Assembly (NCBI GenBank): GCA_032128375.1
Contig: JAQBGU010000214.1
Location: 1-12,871 of the forward strand
Length of the DNA: 12,871 bases
Direction: 5' to 3'
DNA from: Deltaproteobacteria bacterium
Lineage (GTDB): Bacteria > Myxococcota_A > UBA9160 > SMWR01
The translations under genes and the position numbers were made by a program. A model generated the notes under the pieces. It was not told where the DNA came from, searched no databases, and saw only the letters and a program-made list of their open reading frames with translations. How positions within the stretch are numbered: position 1 is the stretch's first letter; the number at the start of each line of letters is the position of its first letter. Positions 6,108 to 12,871 of this stretch are shown piece after piece.

Positions 6108-7634
6108 ATGAAGCTCGTAATGGTCGTCGGGCTGGGCATCGTATTGGCGATCGGAGCCTGTCAGCTGCTCCTCCCGGAGCGTTTCGCTGTCAACGCACCC
6201 GTTGCGCACATGCTGTTCGGAGTGGGCGCAGACGGGCCGCTCGAATCGGATTTTGATCCCGAAGCCGGCGGCGCGTCCCGAATTAGCGCAGCCAAGGGCT
6301 TTTCGATCTCGATCTTCGCCACCGATATTTCGAACGCGCGATTCCTGCGTCCAACCCCGAGCGGCGGGCTATTGGTCAGTCAGCCGCGATCGGGAACGAT
6401 CCTGATGCTCGAGCCGGACCTCGACGGTGACGGTCGCTCCGACGGACGCAGGAAGTTGCTAGAAGGCCTGAATCGACCTCATGGCATGGATATTCACGAC
6501 GGCTTTCTCTACGTCGGTGAAGGCGATGGCATCGGCCGGGTTCGCGTCGACGACTTCAGCGCGTCCGCCGAACAACTCCAGGCCAGCTACGAGAGAATCG
6601 TCGATGATCTCCCGAGCGGCGGTAACCACTGGAGCCGGACCGTCCGCGTCGGACCGGACGGCTTTCTCTACGTGTCGGTTGGATCGAGCTGCAACGTCTG
6701 CGAAGACGCGCCCCGCCGGGCGGCGATGTTGCGCTTCCGACTGGACGGAACCGATGGGGAGCTGTATGCGGGCGGCCTGCGCAATTCGGTGGGCTTCGAT
6801 TGGCGACCCGGCACCGGCGAACTGTTTGCAACCGACAACGGTCGCGACCTGCTGGGAGACAATTTTCCACCGTGTGAGCTGAACCGGATCGTGCGGGGGG
6901 GATTTTACGGGTGGCCCTACGCGAACGGTGATGGCGTCGCGGACCCGGATTTCGGTGACGCGGCACCGGATCGCATCAGCGATTCGATCTCCCCGGTCCA
7001 CGGATTCCGTGCCCACAACGCACCGTTGGGCATGACGTTCATCCGAAGCGACGCAGTGCCCGCCGATTACCGGGGCGCCGCGCTGGTGGCGCTACATGGC
7101 TCATGGAATCGTTCGAAAAAAGACGGCTACAAGGTCGTCTCGTTGCACTGGGACGCCGCCGGCCGAATCGAAGAACGAGACTTCGCGATCGGGTTCGAAC
7201 GCGACGACGACGTAGTCGGCAGGCCCGTGGATGTAGCCGAGGGCGGTGACGGAACGTTCTACATTTCCGACGACTATGCCGGGGCGGTGTATCGCGTCGC
7301 CGTCGGCGAGGGTGCAGCGTTACAAGCCAGTAAAATGGCTCCAGGCGAACTTCGGGTTCGAGACGCCCCGGCTTCTGCAGCCGCGGATACGAGCCGAGCG
7401 ATATCCTTCGAACGCGGCGGCGAACTGTATGGGCGTTTCGCGTGCGCGAGCTGTCACGAGGCGGCGCGGGCGGAAGCCGGCGTGGTAGCTGTCGAACTCG
7501 TCGACTTGCCCGCCCGCTACTCCAGTGACGACCTGGCTTCGTTTCTGGCCACGCCGACGCCACCCATGCCGGTATTTCCGATGAGTGCAACTGAGCGACA
7601 CGACCTCGCGGTCTACCTGCTCGGCCGCCCCTAA
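6108..7634 (+). CDS. PQQ-dependent sugar/sorbosone dehydrogenase family beta-propeller protein with C-terminal class I cytochrome c domain
   Basis: N-terminal hydrophobic segment; GLNRPHGM, GNHWSRT, LYVSVGSSCNVC, GLRNSVG, TDNGRD, GGFYGWPY, HNAPLG, HGSWNRS, GRPVDV and ISDDYAG. CASCH at 7443-7457 with distal PPMP. GGAGG at 6094-6098. Confidence 0.9.
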   Translation: MKLVMVVGLGIVLAIGACQLLLPERFAVNAPVAHMLFGVGADGPLESDFDPEAGGASRISAAKGFSISIFATDISNARFLRPTPSGGLLVSQPRSGTILMLEPDLDGDGRSDGRRKLLEGLNRPHGMDIHDGFLYVGEGDGIGRVRVDDFSASAEQLQASYERIVDDLPSGGNHWSRTVRVGPDGFLYVSVGSSCNVCEDAPRRAAMLRFRLDGTDGELYAGGLRNSVGFDWRPGTGELFATDNGRDLLGDNFPPCELNRIVRGGFYGWPYANGDGVADPDFGDAAPDRISDSISPVHGFRAHNAPLGMTFIRSDAVPADYRGAALVALHGSWNRSKKDGYKVVSLHWDAAGRIEERDFAIGFERDDDVVGRPVDVAEGGDGTFYISDDYAGAVYRVAVGEGAALQASKMAPGELRVRDAPASAAADTSRAISFERGGELYGRFACASCHEAARAEAGVVAVELVDLPARYSSDDLASFLATPTPPMPVFPMSATERHDLAVYLLGRP

Positions 7635-7637
7635 CCA

Positions 7638-8645
7638 TTGGCGAGTCCTGGACGCAGCGTGAGCACTGCGCGAAAGCTGGTGCCCGGGATTTTGACGTTG
7701 CTGATGCTGTGCGTATTGGGCGCCTACTTGTTCGATCAACGCGCTCATTGGCTCGAGAACTACGCGCTGCGACCGCTACCCCTGCTCGGCATCGCGCTTC
7801 TGGTGGTGGCGACGCTGGGGCTGCGCGCGAGTGCCAATCAATCGCTGTTCGGCCGACTGCAAGTCGGTGCTTCATGGCGCGACTGGTTCGCACTGGTCAG
7901 CGTGAACTCGTTTTCGAACTACCTGCCCTTGTCGGCAGGCCTGTTCGCCAAGGCGTTCTATCTGAAGCGGGTCCACTCACTGCCTTACCCCGAATTCGCG
8001 GTCGGTCAAATGGCGCTTTTACTGCTGGTGGCCGCCAGCAACGGAATGGTGGGTCTGGTCACCGTCGCGTTGTTCGGGACCAGCGGCGCCGGGTGGGTCG
8101 CAGTCGGTTTTGCCGCCATGTGCGCGGTGGGCGCGCTCGCCTTCCTGCCCGCCGGCGCGACGCGTTCCCTCGCAAGCCTTCTCACCAGAGGTCGGCTTCC
8201 GTGGGACGCTGCCGCTGTCAGCGCGATTCGCCAAGCGGCCCCACGCGTGATTCCGCTTCAGCTGCTTGTCCTGATGGCCACTGCAGTCAGCCTGCAACTG
8301 GGCTTCGCACTGGGCGAGGCCCAGGTCGGACTCGCGCCCTGCATCATTTTCAGCGCGGCCACGGTCATTACGCGTTTGGTGTCGATTACACCGGGTGCGT
8401 TGGGCGTGCGCGAATTTCTGGTCGGAGGGCTCGCCGTTTTGACCGGCTTCGAGCTACAAGATGCGGTGATCGCGTCGACACTGATGCGCTTGGCCGAGAT
8501 GAGCGTGATCTTCGTGCTGGGTGGCGTATTCACCTATCGGCTCTCGGGTCGAGTGGCGTCGACCTACGAGGTCGGGTCGGAGCCAGGGTCAGAGCCAGAG
8601 TCGGATCAGGAGTCGGATCAGGAGTCGGATCAGGAGCCCGGCTGA
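7638..8645 (+). CDS. Polytopic membrane protein, lysylphosphatidylglycerol synthase TM / flippase-like (UPF0104) family
   Basis: About 8 hydrophobic helices, NYLPLSAG and SITPGALGVRE motifs, and a late LMRL segment typical of the family. Start may be TTG 7638 or GTG 7659. Confidence 0.8.
   Translation: MASPGRSVSTARKLVPGILTLLMLCVLGAYLFDQRAHWLENYALRPLPLLGIALLVVATLGLRASANQSLFGRLQVGASWRDWFALVSVNSFSNYLPLSAGLFAKAFYLKRVHSLPYPEFAVGQMALLLLVAASNGMVGLVTVALFGTSGAGWVAVGFAAMCAVGALAFLPAGATRSLASLLTRGRLPWDAAAVSAIRQAAPRVIPLQLLVLMATAVSLQLGFALGEAQVGLAPCIIFSAATVITRLVSITPGALGVREFLVGGLAVLTGFELQDAVIASTLMRLAEMSVIFVLGGVFTYRLSGRVASTYEVGSEPGSEPESDQESDQESDQEPG
8574..8633 (+). repeat. 12-bp in-frame tandem repeats encoding GSEP x2 and ESDQ x3
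   Basis: gggtcggagcca gggtcagagcca gagtcggatcag gagtcggatcag gagtcggatcag. Confidence 0.92.
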
Positions 8646-9772
8646 ACCCCCGCCAGCACCTTTTCGAGACGCGCAGCGATCGCATCCCAACCGAACTCAC
8701 TTCGCGCGCGCGCTTCACCCTTTCTCGCGAGTTGGTCGCGAAGTACCGGGTCCGCTAGCAGTCGGCCAATCGCGTCCGCCATCGCGTCGTGATCTCCCGC
8801 GGCGACCAACACGCCGGTTTCCCCGTCTACTACCGCATCGGGAATCCCGCCGACGAGGGTCGAAACGCTGGCGGTAAAGCCCAGTGCGGCCTCCAGGAAC
8901 ACGATCCCGAACCCTTCGATGTCACCCGGAATATCGAGGACCGGAAGCACGAACAGGTCGGCGCGCCGAAACAGCGCCACCAGCTCGGCGTTGGAAGGCT
9001 GCCCGAGTAGCCGCGCGTGATCAGCGAGCCCCAACTCATTGATGCGGGCCCCGATTTTCTCGCTGAGCCGCTCGCGATGCGCGAGTGATGCGGTCGCATC
9101 TCCACCGACCACCAGGTAGAGAACACTCGAATCCGCTTCGACGAGCCGCGGCAACACCTGTTCGACGAACTCCAGGATGCCCTTGCGACGCACCAGCCGA
9201 CCCACCGATAGCAACACGAGTCGGCCGTCGAATTCCGTGTCCGTCTGGGGATCAGCGGGTTTCAGCTTGTCGAATTGATCCAGGTCAACCCCAGGAGACA
9301 CGATCGACATCCGGGTCGGATCGAGCCCGATCGATTCCGCGAGATGCAGTGTATGCCGCGATATGGCGACAACCCGATCGGCCCGGCGCAACACGAAACG
9401 GATCGCCGGCTGGACCAGCCAGTGCTCGTACACCAGATCTCCGCCATACACGATCACCACGAACCGAATCCGAAAGCATCGCGACAGCAGCCAGCCGATC
9501 GGCACAGTCACCACACTTCCACACAAAATCACGTCGGGTTGCCAGCGGCGTGCGAGCGACCAGCCGGTGCGCAGCGCATGCATCAGGTAGGCGGCCAGGC
9601 CGGGCCTCGAAGCACGCAACACACCGACTTCAGCCGACACATCTCGCGCGTGTGCAGTCGCGATCCGCACATCGTTGCCCGCCCGGCGAAGACCCGCAAA
9701 CTGCTGAGTGACCAGGTGTTCGAGCCCTCCAATGACGGGCGCAAAATTCCAGGAAAGCATCAGGATCTTCAT
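8630..9772 (-). CDS. Glycosyltransferase family 4 (GT-B, retaining)
   Basis: MKILMLSWNFAPVIGGLE, LLSVGRLVRRKG, ADLFVLP, EGFGIVFLEA (E-x7-E motif) and GGIPDAVVDGETG. Confidence 0.93.
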   Translation of the reverse strand: MKILMLSWNFAPVIGGLEHLVTQQFAGLRRAGNDVRIATAHARDVSAEVGVLRASRPGLAAYLMHALRTGWSLARRWQPDVILCGSVVTVPIGWLLSRCFRIRFVVIVYGGDLVYEHWLVQPAIRFVLRRADRVVAISRHTLHLAESIGLDPTRMSIVSPGVDLDQFDKLKPADPQTDTEFDGRLVLLSVGRLVRRKGILEFVEQVLPRLVEADSSVLYLVVGGDATASLAHRERLSEKIGARINELGLADHARLLGQPSNAELVALFRRADLFVLPVLDIPGDIEGFGIVFLEAALGFTASVSTLVGGIPDAVVDGETGVLVAAGDHDAMADAIGRLLADPVLRDQLARKGEARARSEFGWDAIAARLEKVLAGVQPGS

Positions 9773-9863
9773 CGCGGGTTTCCTGTATGGACTCCTGTAC
9801 TGGTTGTTGTGCCAATTCGCGTGCTCATTGCCCCGCTACGCAGTGCCGCGAGCGATCATCGTA

Positions 9864-10676
9864 CTATCTGAGATCGGTTCGGCATACGGCAAGCAGATCG
9901 AGGCTGCGTTCCAGTTCGTCGGCGGACGACCGATAGTCCGACAGGTCGAAGCGCTCGAGCGACTCTTCAACCGGTTGTTTGCGACTCTCCACGAGTCGCG
10001 AAATGCGTTGTTTCAGCCACTCGGGCACGCGATCGCGCATGCCGAGCACATCGATCGAGGCGATCTTCCGAATCGATCGAAGCCGCGCGTGCTCGATCTG
10101 CTCGACCTCATCGGTGCCCCGCACGCCCAGCACGCGGACGTCGGCGAATGTCGCGGTCATCAGCGCAGTTAGCTCGTCGGGCGTGTATTCACGCAGGTGG
10201 TAGCGGTTCCAGGGTTTCCGTCCCGGGTCGACCCGCGTCAACCGATTCGGCGTGGTCAGATATAGTGTGCCACCGGGCGCAAGCACGCGAGCAATCTCGT
10301 CGACATAGCCGCGATCGTCGGCAACATGCTCCACGACCTGAAATGACACGGCAACGTCGAAGCTCGCATCTTCGAATGGAATCCGCACTCCGTCATAGAC
10401 CTGGAACTCGCAGCCGCCAGAGGCATTCGCGTTCGAAGCGTGTGCGACGACATCCGGATCGACGTCGAGTCCTACGAATCGCGCCGCATGGTCGAAAAGC
10501 CGCGTCGCTGCATAACCGGCACCACACCCAACTTCGACGACGCGGTCGTCGCATCGGAGCTCGCGTGCGACGTAGTCGTACGCGAACTGGTGACGCAAGT
10601 AGAGCAGGTGCTGTCGGACGGAGATCTGGCGATCGGGCAGGATCCGCTCGCTCGTGTCACTGATCGGCTCATTCAT
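9864..10676 (-). CDS. Class I SAM-dependent methyltransferase
   Basis: VVEVGCGAGY (motif I), VGLDVD, IPFEDASFDVAVSFQVVEH, RVLAPGG and LTTPNR...YHLREY. Its ATG overlaps the upstream stop (ATGAATGA). Confidence 0.92.
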   Translation of the reverse strand: MNEPISDTSERILPDRQISVRQHLLYLRHQFAYDYVARELRCDDRVVEVGCGAGYAATRLFDHAARFVGLDVDPDVVAHASNANASGGCEFQVYDGVRIPFEDASFDVAVSFQVVEHVADDRGYVDEIARVLAPGGTLYLTTPNRLTRVDPGRKPWNRYHLREYTPDELTALMTATFADVRVLGVRGTDEVEQIEHARLRSIRKIASIDVLGMRDRVPEWLKQRISRLVESRKQPVEESLERFDLSDYRSSADELERSLDLLAVCRTDLR

Positions 10677-11553
10677 GCTTCGTCACCGCGCTGGCCACCC
10701 GCTGTGGCGATGCCGGCGCCAGCTTCGCTCGCCACTCCGGCTCGTCTCCGTATCCGTATTCTGCCATGAGCGGTTGGCAGACCCGCTCCAGCTCCCGGCA
10801 ATCCGCTGCAGGCCAGTCACGCCAGTGGGCGATGACGTCCAGTTGCCCCGCGTTGATGCGCCGTTTCGGTGAAACCGGCGCATCCGCTTCGCGATAAGAC
10901 AGCCCCAATAACTCACAGATCTCGCGCAAGCCCGAGTAATCCGCGTCAAAAATCTTCTCGTAGTGGATCAAGCAGTATCGCGGATAGCGCTCGCTGGCAT
11001 CTCGTAACCGCCGATTCATCACCGCCCACACCCCCGCCGCCTTTCCGACAGGGCCCAGCCCCTCGAGGTTCAGAATCTTTCCCACGGCGGGGTACCAAAA
11101 CGGGATGAACCGGTTCCCGAGGCCCTTCCAGCCCGACGCAGTCCCATGGTTCAGCGACGAACGGACGTGTTCTCTCGGATCCCGAACGATGTGGATGATC
11201 GTGGGATCCGCCCACACTTCGCCGATCACGTCCGCATAGCCCGCCAAGAATGGATTGCATTCCAGATACAACGCAGCCTCTAGCGGATCGACGTGTCGCA
11301 ACCGTTTGCGGCGCAGCAGGGCCACCAAATGATCTCTCGAAAGCGCACCCAGCATATGCGCGTGCGACGCCAGGCGCAGCGAACGGGACGGCTTCGGTTC
11401 GTGCCTCGCAATCACGTGCGGATAGTTGCCATCGAAATACTCGGCCAGGAATTTTGTGCCAGTTCGACCCGCAGAGAGAACCAGCGCCACGGCCCGCTCC
11501 GTGTCGCGCGTCATCACCCGGTGCGGCTGGCCCGCAGACTCCCGAGACGCCAT
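10669..11553 (-). CDS. Sulfotransferase-family (PAPS-binding P-loop) protein
   Basis: VLSAGRTGTKFL (5'-PSB-like), ARHEP, IIHIVRDPREHVRS (3'-PB-like), IHYEKI and C-terminal LMAEYGY. ATG 11553 lies 2 nt after the GT2 stop; the track's extension to 12123 overlaps GT2. Confidence 0.78.
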   Translation of the reverse strand: MASRESAGQPHRVMTRDTERAVALVLSAGRTGTKFLAEYFDGNYPHVIARHEPKPSRSLRLASHAHMLGALSRDHLVALLRRKRLRHVDPLEAALYLECNPFLAGYADVIGEVWADPTIIHIVRDPREHVRSSLNHGTASGWKGLGNRFIPFWYPAVGKILNLEGLGPVGKAAGVWAVMNRRLRDASERYPRYCLIHYEKIFDADYSGLREICELLGLSYREADAPVSPKRRINAGQLDVIAHWRDWPAADCRELERVCQPLMAEYGYGDEPEWRAKLAPASPQRVASAVTKHE

Positions 11554-11555
11554 GG

Positions 11556-12566
11556 TCAGTCGCCCGAACCTCCGCGGGAATCGCGATCTCGCTGCCGGTA
11601 CAGGAGTTCTTCGAGGTAGACGCGGTGACGGTTGAGCATGTCGCCGAGCACGCCCATGAACAGCAGCATCAGGCCGAAGATGGCGGCCGCCGCCGATCCG
11701 AAACCGGCCCACTTGTGCGGAGAAAATGATCCCATCGACAGATAGTGGATCAACAAGAAACCGCCAAGACCCGCCGCTAGCAAGAACGCCAGCGCGGCGA
11801 TCGCCCCAAAGAAGAGCATTGGCTTGTAGTCGCGATAACTGCGAAAGATGATCCCGCTGGTATTGAGTGCATAGCGCAGCAAGTTTTTCGCAACCCGACT
11901 CTCGCCGTGTTCGCGCTCGCCGCGGACCGCGAGTGGCACCTCGACGATTGCGAGCTGCTTGAAGGCGAGATTCAAGAAGACCTCTTGTGTGTATGTGAAC
12001 TGTCCCATCGGGTTCAATGCGAGCGCAGCGCGGCGGCTGTAGCAGCGCATCCCGCAAGACACGTCGTAAAAGGTCTGGCCAGTCAGACGCGAGACCAGAC
12101 GCGCCATCATGCGGTTGCCCCATCGCTTGAGTGCTGGCATTTCCGGGACCAACGCCGGGTCCGCGAAACGCGACGCGCTGGCGAAATCGGCGCGCCGCTC
12201 GACCACGGGGCGAATCAAAGCCGGAATGTCGGCTGGATCAAATTGGCCGTCGGCGTCGATCGTGACGATCACATCTGCCGATGCGTCGACCGCGTAGCGG
12301 ATGCCCGATGCGAAGGCCGCCCCGACACCCATTGTCGAGTTGTGCACAATGACCAGAGCGCCGGCGTTTCGGGCCTCTTGGGCGGTCGCGTCGGTACTGC
12401 CATCGTCGACCACCAGCACTTGGATCTCGCAAACGCCGGGGATCTGTTTTGGGATACCCGCAATGACTGACGCCACGGTCTTGGCTTCGTCCAACGCCGG
12501 CAGGATCACCAGCAGGCGAAGTTCTGCCGCGGGCGCAACCAGCGAGTCCGGCTCGGCGAGTGCCAT
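11556..12566 (-). CDS. Glycosyltransferase family 2 (DPM1/polyprenyl-phosphate glycosyltransferase-like) with two C-terminal TM helices
   Basis: VILPALDEA, VVDDGSTDAT, IDADGQFDP (DxD), SRF, DVSCGMR and RGEREHGESR, followed by two hydrophobic helices. Confidence 0.92.
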   Translation of the reverse strand: MALAEPDSLVAPAAELRLLVILPALDEAKTVASVIAGIPKQIPGVCEIQVLVVDDGSTDATAQEARNAGALVIVHNSTMGVGAAFASGIRYAVDASADVIVTIDADGQFDPADIPALIRPVVERRADFASASRFADPALVPEMPALKRWGNRMMARLVSRLTGQTFYDVSCGMRCYSRRAALALNPMGQFTYTQEVFLNLAFKQLAIVEVPLAVRGEREHGESRVAKNLLRYALNTSGIIFRSYRDYKPMLFFGAIAALAFLLAAGLGGFLLIHYLSMGSFSPHKWAGFGSAAAAIFGLMLLFMGVLGDMLNRHRVYLEELLYRQRDRDSRGGSGD

Positions 12567-12632
12567 CAGCGCGGAGTATACCGGCTCGGGGTGGCAACAC
12601 CGGACAACGGGCGCCGATCGGTGGCCGCGCGA

Positions 12633-12871
12633 TCAGATCGCGAGCAGCTGCGCGACGCGTTCGCGGTGATATCTGCCATCCCCAAGCCACATCTCATCGC
12701 TCTTGGCCCGTTTGAAGAACAGATGGCAGTCGTATTCCCATGTAAATCCGACACCACCGTGGATCTGGATGTTCTCCGCGCTCGCGTGGCGGTAGGCGTC
12801 GCTGGTGTAGGCCTTGGCCATGCTCGCAGCGAGCTCGGCCTCGTCAGTCTTCTCGGCGACCGCCCAGGCGG
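12633..12871 (-). CDS. Acyl-CoA dehydrogenase family protein, 3' part only
   Basis: AASMAKAY...NIQIHGGVGFTWEYDCHLFFKRAK is the ACAD C-terminal signature. The frame runs off the window end. Confidence 0.92.
   Translation of the reverse strand, partial: AWAVAEKTDEAELAASMAKAYTSDAYRHASAENIQIHGGVGFTWEYDCHLFFKRAKSDEMWLGDGRYHRERVAQLLAI

Noticed and set aside
6684..6705. SCNVC as an extra heme site in the dehydrogenase
   Set aside because: No His follows the CxxC, and it is a usual motif of this dehydrogenase family.
11554..12123. N-terminal extension of the sulfotransferase in the 484-aa track ORF
   Set aside because: It lies inside the GT2 gene in an alternative, Arg-rich frame. ATG 11553 fits operon spacing.
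239..12757. Numerous overlapping Arg/Ala/Pro-rich ORFs in the track (e.g. 7709-8758, 2138-3067, 7039-7893)
   Set aside because: Shadow and alternative frames expected in high-GC coding DNA. They show no motifs and overlap well-supported genes.

Overview
GC-rich bacterial chromosomal window, probably from a deltaproteobacterial/Myxococcota-like lineage (inferred from gene styles only). Left to right it contains: the 3' end of a livG-type ABC ATPase; nine codons that look like the start of livF and then run into a 5'-truncated multiheme c-type cytochrome (7 CxxCH); an enoyl-CoA hydratase translationally coupled to a family-4 uracil-DNA glycosylase; an unannotated, start-less M48 peptidase C-terminal remnant; purE divergent from aroE; a 17-bp tandem repeat; a minus-strand rplX-rpmG-fdxA cluster with L24 outside its usual spc-operon context (L33 is missed by the ORF track); a PQQ/sorbosone-type dehydrogenase fused to cytochrome c; a flippase-like membrane protein; a convergent GT2-sulfotransferase-methyltransferase-GT4 cluster; and the 3' end of an acyl-CoA dehydrogenase. 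I found no RNA gene, CRISPR array or mobile element. The most notable items are the orphan rplX-rpmG-fdx unit, the livF/cytochrome junction, the hidden peptidase remnant, recurring 11-17 bp tandem duplications at gene boundaries, and a candidate sulfated/methylated glycoconjugate locus. All family calls come from motif recognition by eye; no searches were run.
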